Shown piece after piece: positions 36,101 to 48,290 of a DNA stretch of 64,000 nt. A program made the position numbers and the translations under genes. Source of the stretch: Uloborus diversus (lineage: Eukaryota); contig NC_072740.1 in NCBI RefSeq assembly GCF_026930045.1, positions 29,492,384 to 29,556,383 of the forward strand, given 5' to 3'. The notes under the pieces are model-generated. The model searched no databases, was not told where the DNA came from, and saw nothing but the letters and a program-made list of their open reading frames with translations. Positions within the stretch are counted from its first letter, which is position 1. Each line of letters begins with the position of its first letter.

Positions 36101-36660
36101 TCAAATATACAAACAAAAATCATTGAAAGCATAAACGCTCTTCAAATATGTTTACAAAAATAATTGAAATCATTGATAAAAATCATTTAAAAAGTTTTCT
36201 TTTAAAATATTTTTTCCGTTTTAGAATGTAAGCCGAAAGTTTTCGGAAACGACAACTCAAAGTTTTCGGAAATTTTGGATCAAAAACCCCTGGTTGATTA
36301 AATATTTTCATAATACTCGACACATATCCATCTTAGATTATAAATTTGCATGATACTCCACACATCCATCTTGTATGCAAAAATATAACATCACTTAAAA
36401 TAATACTAAAAAATGCGGCAAAAATCTAATTAAAAATTAAATATTCTAGAGGTATAATTCAGACTTGATAAATTACTCAACGACTGATCAATTCCAATTG
36501 TAGAAAATCGGAGATTGACGAAGACGTCGCAGTCTCAGAGTCTGATACAGGAGCTCCAGATATGTTTCCATCGGTTTTGGGTTCTTTAGTTTTTTCAACA
36601 GTCCAAAAAAAAAAAAAAAAAAGACTACACTGATTTGTCACCCGAACGCTTCATTGTTTT

Positions 36661-36846
36661 TGTAATAGATCAGGGGTTCCCAAAGTGGGTGCCGCGGCAC
36701 CCTGGGTTGCCGCAAGGAGGGGCGAGGGGTGTCGTGAGCTCTTCATATTTTCAATATGCGTGTATAATTGAAACAGATTAGGGTTCCGTGAAAAAATTGT
36801 AATTCGTCAAAGGGTGCTGTGAGTCGGAAAAAATTGGGAACCCCTG
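36661..36846. mobile_element. MITE (186 bp) with 13-bp perfect TIRs CAGGGGTTCCCAA…TTGGGAACCCCTG
   Basis: Termini are read directly; a GC-rich stem-forming interior (gccgcggcaccctgggttgccgc…); minus-strand ORF 36743..36949 overlaps it but is meaningless. Confidence 0.8.
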
Positions 36847-36848
36847 TT

Positions 36849-37102
36849 ATATGAGGCAGTGAGAAGCAAAGGGATGTAAGTGGCAAAATTAAAAATTTGG
36901 AGATAACCAGTATACATAGTAGGTGAACCTCTCCTCTGTCTTGGGGCAACAGTTGTTACTAGTATCCCTGGTAGTTGCTGCTATACAGCATGATTTAGAA
37001 AAAAATTCAATCAAAGCCCACCTAGGATGTTAACTTTAAAGGCCTTTTATTCAGAGCTTGAAAAAGTCCACTTACATCCCTTTGCTTCTCACTGTCTCAT
37101 AT
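36849..37102. mobile_element. second MITE (~254 bp) abutting the first, with ~35-bp TIRs ATATGAG(G/A)CAGTGAGAAGCAAAGGGATGTAAGTGG
   Basis: 36849 atatgaggcagtgagaagcaaagggatgtaagtggc vs 37066-37102 gtccacttacatccctttgcttctcactgtctcatat; the interior (36890-37030) recurs at 62225-62370. Confidence 0.75.
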
Positions 37103-37769
37103 GTAGTTCTTTCTAACATACGCGGGTTTTCAACAGGGTTTCCGTCTAATACGGTGGGCTAGTTTACAAGAACCTTTGTATAATGAGGTTTTGCGCTAAC
37201 ACGACACTCCAATTTTACATTTCTTGCGCGATACTAAATCCAAAACACTGATTTAAACTAATTAACTATTTACAGCACATTTAAAAATAAACTCAGCACG
37301 ACTAAAAACGAAACTATCTAAAAATTACAACAGAAATAAAATTATAATCTATAGAGACTTTACATAAAATAAAACATTTACACACTCAAATGTTTTATCG
37401 ATTGAAACGATGCCTGTAGCTTTGGATATGGTTTTACAATAATTATCGTTGATTAAATTTGTTGCATAAAAAGAGATCAGGCGTCAGACACTTCTTTGTT
37501 ACTTTTCATTATACTGGCTCCTGAACACAGCGCAGCAGACTAACTGTCTCAAGAAAAGCTATTTTACTGTCTACATATTTTAAATACATATACTATAAAT
37601 AGAAAAATGACGGTTAATACCAAAAGGAAAAAAATCGAAAACTATATACTTTTTCTTATTATGGTTTCGGTCCGACTTTTCGTTTTTTTTTTTTCAAGCA
37701 GTCATTTTCGCTACCCAAATGCAATGAACCTTAAAACATATTGCAAAGTTGTCGCAGATTTTGATGGGG

Positions 37770-37930
37770 GGGGGTCATGTTCCCCCCTCCTTGTATCCAC
37801 TTTTTACGATTTCGTTCAAGTTTTTTAAAAAATTTTTTGAGCAAACAGTCAAATACTGTTGCGGGTTTGGGGGGGGGGGGGCATGACCCCCCCTTGTATC
37901 CGCCACTGGTGTTCGGGGCAAGTTTACGCA
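37770..37930. repeat. two tandem copies of the poly-G module (GGGGGGG(T)CATG…CCCCCC…TTGTATCC(G)CCAC)
   Basis: gatgggggggggtcatgttcccccctccttgtatccac … gggtttgggggggggggggcatgacccccccttgtatccgccactggtgttcggggcaagtttacgc. Confidence 0.6.
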
Positions 37931-40900
37931 ACCGATCTCGTGTTACACTCCAAATTTGGTAGCAAAAAAAATGGGAGGAAGTGCTTTTGTTTTTCGAGGG
38001 GAAAAAAGAGGTTAAAAGCATTTAACGTTTCAAAAGCGCCCAAAAACGATATTGTTACAAATTCTGTAAATAGTAATTATTTTTATGATTAATTTGTTGT
38101 AATCTAGCTAAATTTGGCGTTTATTCCATTATCTTTCATCTGAAATTATCTTAGTAACGTAACCTGTAAATAGTTTCTTGTAATGTACATAAAACCCCCT
38201 AACATTCGACAGAAGTATACGGTTCCCCCATTTCTGAATGATAAGATTTGTGAATGGAACAAAAAGAAAATATGAGAAAGTTGTAGAATTTCGTCGAACT
38301 TTCCAAAGCAGCATAAAAAGCGTGCAGCATTTGAATGGGAGAGTTTTTTTTTTGCTTGTGAATCGTATCAGCTGTGCGCTGGAGAGTATGTATTGGCTCT
38401 GTTTTGTGAAGCCTTTGAGCTGTGTTTTTGCGTATTTGGATGTAAATACGTGTGCCATCGTTGAGTTTACGATGTTAATTGATATTTGCTTAGTTGCTGA
38501 TGATTGATTTAGCAGTTGTAACTACCTTATTTTCGAGCGTAAACGCTTTTGTGCTAATGAGTTTAAATGCTTAAAGCTTGCAGGTGTGGCGTATACAGCG
38601 GCAATGTTGCCATGCCACAAGGAAACGTGAAGGAAAAAAAAAAAAAAAACAGGGGGAAATCCTATTTCTTGAAAATCCTGAAATGGGCAGGAAATTTCCT
38701 TCCTTTTTTATTGAAGTTGCAAAAATCTATGCACAAATGCATAAACTTACCAAAACAATAATATATTCAATGATAATAATAATAAATAATTAAATAAAAT
38801 AAAAATCGGTAATTAACTTTAAATTTTTTTGTGTTTTTGTTGAAGTAGTGAAATATTAAAATGTCTATCATTTAGGCAAATATTATTTAATGCTTAACTT
38901 GACATGCACCTTGAATTTTATGCTAATTTAGTTTAGAGAGCTTGAGAATAGTCATCAATCATATGAACAGTAAACTGCCAACTATCCGCAAATGACTTTT
39001 TCGCAGTGTTTCACACTAAAAAAATAAAAATTTTAAAAAATAAATAAAATAAATAAAAATAAATAAATAAATAAATAAATAAAATTGGCGATGTTTAACT
39101 GAATATAGATAAATGCGTCCATTTTCACTTAAAAAGTGAAAAGCTGTTTCTAGATACTCCTATTTCTTTCTTTCTCTTCCCGTCCAATCAAGCGTACACT
39201 TCTTATTGCTTTAGATCGGCAGAAACTACACTGTTAAAACTACAGGTTGCATTTGGCACCTTTCAGGGGTGAAAAGCTTGTTCACCAGCGGTACTCTATA
39301 TGGTGCTGAAATTGCACCCTTAACACGAATGAAAAACTAATAACATCCTTAATCCAGCCTGCACCGCGCTGAAAAATGAAACCGTATGGCAGAACATTGG
39401 CACCTTTCTGTTTCCCGTTGCTGACCCCCCCCCCCCCCCCGTGTTGTGTGCATTTTTGGATACAATTGTGTAAATTATTATTTATTGTTTTGAGTTATAA
39501 AAAAGTCTTTGCTCATTTTCCACACTGAATAGCTCTGAAAATGATTAAAACTTGTAATTTAAGGCATTTGATCACATTTCAACTTTCCCAACATACTTTA
39601 GAAATGTTCATCACTTTAATTTGTCTGTTCGTGCACGAAATTTCGTACATCCACTTGGATTGCTCAGTAATTTTAATATGTTATTGACTTTTACTGCAGC
39701 ACGAAATGAAGAGCGTAGGTATTTGTAAATCATTTACAGGAACAACCATGAATATTCAATTGTATTGCAATCATGGAAAAATAAAATCGTTTCATAAACG
39801 TTCAAAATTTTAATCAAGAGTCGTACGTATATATGATTTGACATTTGAAAATCCGTATGGATGATAAATAAGCACGTTTTTTCAATGTGAAGTTTTTCGA
39901 CAGAGTAGAAGCCAAAACAAATTCTAACGATCACTGTTTCTAGAGTGACGAAAAAAGCTCAGTCATTCGCTTCATGCAATAACGCCAACGGAAGATAGTT
40001 AACTTCGACACGAGATAATAAATTTAAAAAAAAAAAAAAAAATTGAGACGTAGAAGGAACTTCTTTTTCACACACAACAACCTGCTTTTTTTTCGTGCTT
40101 TCTGTTTTGTTTATAAGCAGCACCGTTACAACTCCAGTTCACTTACTGATTGCATCACATTGCTAAAAATAAATCTCCTAGTTAAAAATCCCCAAGCAAG
40201 TAAAACCACGCATTCAAAATTAATGGTTGAATTAACTTTTCAAATATCATCTAATTTAAGAGTTATGTTCGAAAGCTTTAAAAGCTACACTATGATCAAA
40301 TGCCTGTACTTACGCGAAATTTTGAAGAGTAAATCGCAGGAACTTATGAGTTTTAATCCAATTTCGTACTTCATTCAATGGGAAAATGCATCTGCGTAGT
40401 TACTTCCTGCGTCCGCCATTGATTGTGGTTGAAGGATGTCAGAGAGCGCGTGCGCCAACGTTTCACCCTTGTTTTTAGGAGGTCTGTCTTCCCATTTATC
40501 AGCGTCATTCACCTTGATCACATTTCCTAGCCTCCATTGCACCCTGAAGCACCTTGTTTTGACCCCAGGGAGCCAAATAGCTGTCCAAAGGCACCCGTAG
40601 TTTTGACAGTGTATTATAAAAAGGATTTTTCTCGTCCAAATAGGCAACAGGATATTGCAAGTTGTAGTAAAAACTTTAATAATAAGTAATATTGGATCCT
40701 GTAGCATTTTATGCGATAGACATCAAGTCTATCATACTGGAGATTGAAAAAACGTTATTAGTAATGCGATCATAATCCTTTTTTAAGAGTCTGGAAATTA
40801 ACTATTAGAATATTTTTTAGTTTGTTTAGTACATTTTTTTCATTTTGGTTTAAATGAGCCTAAATTACAGGTTCATTCGTTATTCACTTTTCTCAGCAAT

Positions 40901-42599
40901 GCACATAATGGTTTTGAAGCAGAAAAAATATTAATTTCGGTGGAGCAGAACAATGTTTCGTAGGTGTCGCCCACGAATATTGTTTCGTAGCATAATGACT
41001 GATGAATAGAAAGATTTATGATAACTTAAAGAATAATAGCTCATTAGCAAACAACTAACTGAAACATGATGTTTAGATCTACACTACTTACGCAGGTAAA
41101 CGAGTGATCAGACTAGTTTTATTCAAAAACATGCCCTTTCCACATACCTTTTTGATGTAACCTAGCTGAATATGTTTTAGTTAATTTGATTGAACTACTT
41201 ACTGGCGTGTGTGTGTAATTTGTTTGCAGTGATGAGCAATCCTTTTTTAGCTTTTGCTTACATGGAGCATAACACAGGGACTCGTCCCGGTGTCCCGGCG
41301 GGTCAGGCCACCACTGCTTAAAAACGAAGGGCTCCTGGTTTAGTAGTTACAGAGATTGCATTGTTTTCAACAAACAGATTTAACGGTGAATCTTGGTGTA
41401 ATTTCAGAATTTCACTCATGAGAGATTGGTTTTGCATGATAATAATCTGTCATATCTGTTTAGCATTCATTTTACTGTCCCAAAATCCCGGTCGCAAAGG
41501 ACAAATGGATATCCTCTCAGAGAAAAGTCATGAGCAATCTAATTAAATTTCTTCAGTGTTATTTCTAAAAAAAGTGTCTTGCAGTATTGTTCTTACTTTG
41601 ACCAGCGTATACCTTACTGAAAACGTACAGCTTTGATGTTGATAAATCCCCGAGAAATTAGCGAATTTCATTCTGATACTGATTTGCCTAATCTTTACCT
41701 TGGTCGTGATTTAGAATTTTCCTGGGGATGGGGGCGGGGGTGTAAAGAGTGTATACTCAACGCAAATTAAATCGGAGAGCTATGAAAACCACGCCCACTT
41801 TTATAATGAGAAAGAATTACCTTTTCAGTGTCGGGGGAAGGGGCAATCCTCCCCTTACCCCCCTAACTGACGGACTAGATTAAATGAGTTATTTGTTTTT
41901 ACTTCATCACGTCAAAAAAAATCTAGTTCTATAATCTTGTCATACATTCACATTGTATCTAACTATTGCTTCGTTCGCGTTCAGTGCATAAAGGGCGTAA
42001 GTCATGAACTTATGCCATTTCTGCACAAAACCAAAAATGTGGTCCCTAAATAGAATGCTTTGTTGTTCAAGAATTGACTTCCCTTCTACTCTAGTCGATG
42101 TCTCTACATACAAATATGGTAAAACCAGAGCTAGCTCAATTTTGCAACAAATGGGACTAATGCCCTTTCTGAAATAATCGATTCGTTTATTTTTCTTCTT
42201 AACTTTTGCATTTTTTTTTCCTTTCAAGATCCAAGTAATGAATGGTTAACTTACTTAAGTATTGCTCCTTGTAACCCCAAAATACATCACGATAGGGTTT
42301 TACAAATCGGTACCTTTTTTTTCTTTGACCTTATGTTTCTATTTTTACGTATGAACATTAATGCATTTATTTAATTCAAACGTTTATCACTTAGTATAAT
42401 ATATGCAAAATTCTGCTGTAATTATTTACGCAATCTCTTACCCAATTACTATCCTCTTTCTAAAATATAGCATTGATTTATGATCATTATAAATTCAAAA
42501 ATGTCACAAATCGGTGAATTGTGCATAATTTAATGGTATATTAAACAAACCGCATATACAGTGATAAAAACAAGTCTGTATTTAAAATGAATGTAAATT

Positions 42600-43060
42600 C
42601 CCTTGAGTATGCAAGCTGGGTTCAAAGCTACATCTCTGGGAGTATAATTGCAGCTGTGTCTCTGAGTTCTTGTCTCGTATTGTACCAAGTAATTGACCTT
42701 GAAACTGGACCTTTTGCACTGAAATAATTTTTGAGACCAACAAATTAAGGAAGTTGATTAGATTTCATAGATTTCTGACCTGAGTCTAAAACTACACCAC
42801 ACGTAGAGCATAATTACAGCTGTTGCTCAAAGTTGCTGACTCATGGCCTGTAGAAAAATTGACCTATAACTTCGACGCTTTGTTCAAATAACCTATTTTG
42901 AGACCGTGTAATTAAAAAAGTTGATTAGATGTCAACGGGTTTCTATCCTGAACCTAAAACTACACCACATGGACTCAATAACCAAATATAACTACAGCTG
43001 TGTCTCAAAGTTATTGACCCGTCGTGCAGAGTTATTTTTTTTTAGTTTAAATTTTCGACT
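42600..43060. repeat. ~190-bp tandem repeat, about 2.5 copies
   Basis: Units ending …gtctaaaactacaccacacg, …cctaaaactacaccacatgg; shared blocks taattgcagctgtgtctctgagtt / taattacagctgttgctcaaagtt / tataactacagctgtgtctcaaagtt and gagaccaacaaattaaggaagttgattagat / gagaccgtgtaattaaaaaagttgattagat. Confidence 0.75.
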
Positions 43061-46000
43061 TTGGGACCGTTTAACTACTAAAGCCAAGCCCATACTATTT
43101 TATGTTTTTCTGAGTACAATACCACAGTGAATAGTTAATCCTGTACTGATTTTTGAGGGTCACTCACGACTTTAGCAGATATCCGGGCACAAACAAATAA
43201 CGGTTCAATTGACCTTTGCCCTCAAAACTATGAGTGGACCACCAAATTATTTATGCTAGCTTGTACCTATAACCAAGTAGTGTCCGTATTTAAAAAAAAC
43301 CGCTTGGTTCGCTCAGTGCTTTTGAAACAAAAACGATCATTTGTCTCGCGCCATATATTCACGACATTAAACTTTAACCTCTACTCAAAGAGAACAAATC
43401 ACATTAAAAAAAAAAAAAAAAAGAATAACTAAAGCTTTTTTCTTATCATAGTACTACTAACACATCGTGAACTTTTTACGAAAATCGAAGACATCATCTA
43501 TCACGAGATGTCAAAAAAGAAAAAAAAAAAAAACTCTTAAGCAGGGTTATTTGTACTTAATTATTTAAATTCAAGTGACTACATATTGTAACATTTACAA
43601 TGAGAGTTCATAAGTTTTAAAAGTATCCAATATGGCGATCGTTCGACATTTTGCATCCACCATGTTGAAATTTTCGTTTGCGATCCGAAATTCAGCGAAG
43701 TTCGTGGTTGCCGCATTAAGGTTCTGAAACTGCATAAAAAAATCATGTTTTTTTTTTCAAAAATCTTTAAAATGTTAAATTTGTTTAAATTGCATTCCAA
43801 TTTTCTTTACTATTAACTTCACTTTTAAATTGTGGATGCGGCGCATTTAGTAGATATTTTTATTTTTTTCATACATCTTTGCAATGCGGTACTTACAACG
43901 GGTGCGGCGCGTACTCCCAAAAATTGCGTACTAGAACTTTTGAATTAGTTTTAAAGACAAAATTATGTTCCGCCTGATATTTTATTGAAAACTAGAGGGC
44001 TCAGTCTCCTGCTCGCCAACGACAACAACCGTTCGTCGACTACGGCTGCTGCGTCTTGGCGATATTTTGCAGATTGGGCGACAGAACTAGGAATTTCTCG
44101 AAGTATCTGGCGACTTAATCGGCTATATATCTCCAAATTTAGAGCCAAACGGGATGATAGTTAATGATTTGAATGATTTAGTTTTTAATTAATATTTCTG
44201 GCGGGTAAGTTAAAGATTCGAGCGAAATGGTTACCTCAGAATGCCTTGTATCCTACGATGCCTGTATCGGCTGTCGAGACAATGATGGTCCGTAGGAAAT
44301 AGGGTTACAGACTCATATTAAGCGAACCTTTTAACCAAGGTAGTCATGTTTTATGTCTTATCAGATGAAATATGTTAATATGTCCTTACCATCCAGGACA
44401 AAAGCTATAAACACGTGGTTGGTAATGACAGGCTGAAGATAGAATTAAACTAAGTGCATTATTTCTAACGTTTTAGATGCTTTGTTTTTTGAAAAAAAAA
44501 TTTGGTATGGTGTCCCCCCCCCCCAAAAAAAAGCACCGTTGAGAAATATTATATATGATTACCATGCTTATTTTATTTTATTGTAGCACTGAAAAGTTCG
44601 ATTATCTTTAGATCACACTGCGTAAATAAAAATATAATACAATGCTTCAAAATGTGGCTACACTCTTTGGTTCCAAAAACTTTTAATTTGTACCAGGCCA
44701 CAGTGGAAGAGCTGAAGGGGGGGAGACCGCTGAAGAGTTCATACAAAACAAATAAGAAGAAAACTCTCAAAACTTTATTTTTTCTAGAAAAAAAACGTAC
44801 GATTTTCCTCTGAATATCGTAAGTTTTGCGAAATTCCCCACCCCTGTCCCCTTCCAGCACCATCAAAATTAGTCTAAACTTTTGTTTTCGGTACATCAAT
44901 GTCAAAACAATTCCGGGGGTGATCCCCCAAACCCCTTTTCCTCATTAAAGTTTGTCGGAAATTGCGTAATTGGAAATTTAATTTCAATAAATTGCTGGGA
45001 TGAATCCCTGGCCCTGGGCACTATTCCTATCTCTAATATTACTGAAAATGGCACACAATCGTGTTTTACAGGCTGCAAATTTTGGAAAACTTCTTAGGGT
45101 ACTGAGCTTCCCCCTCTCTAGCATCACGAAGATAAGTCTGGAGTGAAGTGTTTACAGCTACAATTCAGAAAAGTTTCCTGGCGAGAATCCCAGCCCCCCC
45201 CCCCTTCTCTTTTGTAAAGAATATTATTCTTATGACTACGTTCATATTGATAATTTCGATCCTCTGCCATGCATACATAAACATAAGCAAAAAGTGATGT
45301 AAGCAAAAGTTAACTTTATTGCAATTGTGAAAATGACTCTATACTAATCACAGTAATAAAAAAAACGAACCGTTCTCACTTACGATTTCAAAAATTATAC
45401 ATTCCCGATCTTAAATTTGCTTACAACATTTTATTTTTACGTTTTTCAAAATGTATATTTGAAACTTTCCCACCGTTGAATTAAATAAAACCCTTCAAAA
45501 CATGCCCGGTTTTTTTGAGATTTCCGGATTTCGGAAGTTCGGATTTTCGAGTTCGTACTATGTATGTAATACAAACATGTATTCTAAGTGAAAAAAATGT
45601 AGTATCCGCCGAATCCCCCCCCCCCCAAAAAAAATAAGCAGCATCGGCCACTGCCATCCCAAATGTATTTGGTTGTTCCTTATAGAAAATTTTGTCTACT
45701 CAATTTCATGTCGCATGTTTTTTGCACACATAATTTTTCTCTCTAGCAGACATCCGTTGCTAAATGTGTTAGTGTTCATTTTCAATTCCTGCTTTGAGCT
45801 CAGATTGACTTATTGCTGATTATTTTTTTAATCTCTATTATTTTACGAAAGTTTTTACTTGTATAAATTGAATAAAGAAGGTTAGTATTTTATGCTATAC
45901 GTTCCTTGTGCTTTATACTTAGAGTAATATAGAGAAAAAATGAGATTCCATATAATAAATGTTCTTTCTTTGCACTTGATTTTCTCACTTAAAGATTCAA

Positions 46001-47540
46001 CATTTTCCCACAAGATTTTGAAAACATATATTACTGTAGAGATTTATAATATTTTACTTGTATATCCTGCTTATAGACCTAAATTCAGTGAGCCTCAGTT
46101 GTGTTGATTAAACCACATTTATTTTAAATAACCAAATTTAAAAAAAAAATGTTTTCTAAATTTAAATTTGAAAGCAACATAAACCTGTGATAACTTCAAT
46201 ATTTTAGGTTAATAGAATAAGTGTAACATTTAGCTTCGATTTGATATAAAAGTTTAGATTTACTTATGTATCTCTCATAAGTTATAACATTGGAAAAAAA
46301 GACCGCTGAGTATATATAATAATATCCGTGCATATAAATAATTAGTAAATGAAAACTTTTATCGCAATCGTTGAGAGACTACTAAAACTAAGAGTTGGAA
46401 TTACATTTCTATATACAGTCGAGTCCCGACTTACGCGAGGGATGCGTTCCAAGACCCCTCGCGTAAGTTGAAATTTCGCGTTGTAGAACAAGGTTAGTTT
46501 AGGAATTTTTGAAAAGCATACCCAATTGCTTCAGACATTTGTAAACACCCCTCAAATTGTTTCAAACCATTTTTTAACTATATATTACAGTATCTTTTAA
46601 AAAGAACTGACGTTTTTCTGTATTTTAGAAAGAAAAAAAAAACATTATTTAACATAAAATACTGTTGAGGAGCACAGAATCAATTATCACTGCGGGAAAG
46701 AAACATAAAATAAAGCAGTATGTTTCTTACAGTATGTGCACTACAGCGTTATAATAGCACTGAAGAGTAGATATAGTAATATATTAATAATTTAAACGAG
46801 CTGATGTGTGCCTCACATGACTTCCTTTTACTCCATTTTAATGTCATTTTCCCATTATTGGCAATTTTAATGTGATTCAATAGTTTAATCTCTAAATATT
46901 AAAAACGATGGCCAAATTAAAACCAGATAAAAAAAATCGCCAAATTTTCCGCCAAGTTGGCGACAAAACTTGGCGACCAAAAGACTGGCGATATATCGCC
47001 AAGTGTCCGTCAAATTGTAACACCACTTAAGTTTGCATTGATATTAACAATGATTTCCCCCCAAAAAGGTGCAAAAGACCCCCTTAGGAACATCCGAAAG
47101 CAACCAAAAGGGGAGGTGCACAACTAGACCCCACTACGAGTCTATGTACCAAATTTCAACTTTCTAGGACATACCATTTTTGAGTTATGCGAGATACATA
47201 CGCACATACGCACATACGCACATACATACAGACGTCACGAGAAAAGTCGTTGTAATTACCTCGGTGATGGTCAAAATGGATATTTCGGGTGTCTATACAT
47301 TCTTAGGCACTTTTCCGCATGTGGTCGAATCGAAAAAAAAACTCAACATTCATTTGGGGGTGAGCAAAATGGAAATTAAGGGCGATTTTTGAGTGAAAAT
47401 TTTTTCGCGAATACAATACTTCCTTTTTTGTAAAAGGAAGTAAAAATGAAGAAGGTTTATGAGCTCGATCAGTCGCGTGACAGCGAATGCACATTAGGCA
47501 ACTCGTCATAGTCTCAGATAACACTAGGCTTGACCTATAC

Positions 47541-48290
47541 CCTCATCGAGTTTCCAAAAATTGTTACCGTAGATGAAGAGCATAAGTTGTAAATGAAACG
47601 CGAACGTAAGAATTTCTACCTCTTTCACGTGAATTAATCAGAGTTACCAGGGGTTGAAAGGTGTCCCAAAATGAAACATTTACCGTCATTGAGTTTCCAA
47701 AAATTGTTATCATAAATAAACAGTAAAAGTTGTAAACGAAACGCTTAAGTAAGGTTGCCTACCTATTGCGTGTGAATTAACACTCCGTCGGGCGCAATAT
47801 GTTGTAGAACACGATCGGGCGCATTGAGCCTGGGAATCACACTTTAATCTACTGATTTTTTCTACGCATGTTTACATTTTCTTACGAAAAAATTGTCAAC
47901 TACAAACACCAAAGAAGAGGAATAAAACAGTTTTTCATGATTTTCGAATGTAACATAAGTTTAAGAAAATGAATATACATTTTTCCATGAGCTATTGAGG
48001 GGGCGTGGCTAACTAAAGAATTCGAGGTGTGCCTAATAGATCAGTTGCGCCCGACGGAGTGTTAATCAGGATTGCCAGGGGCTAAAAGGTGCCCAAAAAG
48101 GAGTAAGTTACCCTCATCGAGTTTCCAAAAGTTGTTGTCATAAATAAAGAGTAAAATCTATAAAGAAAACGTTCAAGTTAAGTTTGCCAACCTTCTTCCG
48201 GTCCCTAATCAGGGTTGTCAGAGGTTTAAAAGGGCTCAGAAATTAATAATTTTCCCTCATCGAGTTTCCACATATAAAAAAATGTAGGCA
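47541..48290. repeat. internal ~150-bp tandem array (4 units) inside the 46416-48521 element
   Basis: Units begin ccctcatcgagtttccaaaaattgtt… at 47541, about 47690 (ccgtcattgag…), 48110 and 48252; each contains …gaattaatcag(a/g)(g/a)tt(a/g)ccagggg(t/c)t(g/a)aaaggtg(t/c)ccaaaa. Confidence 0.75.
47781..48060. mobile_element. 280-bp MITE with 17-bp perfect TIRs (CACTCCGTCGGGCGCAA / TTGCGCCCGACGGAGTG) and a TTAA target-site duplication, nested in the tandem array
   Basis: Flanks gaaTTAA|cactccgtcgggcgcaa … ttgcgcccgacggagtg|TTAAtcaggattgccagggg; the uninterrupted neighbouring unit reads gaaTTAAtcagagttaccagggg, so TTAA is duplicated exactly (a piggyBac-type target). Confidence 0.85.

Noticed and set aside
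40375-40707. 110-aa minus-strand ORF in a locally GC-richer patch
   Set aside because: No recognisable domain, no flanking splice signals and no start context; a short MADAGSNYADAFSH* frame on the same patch is equally unsupported
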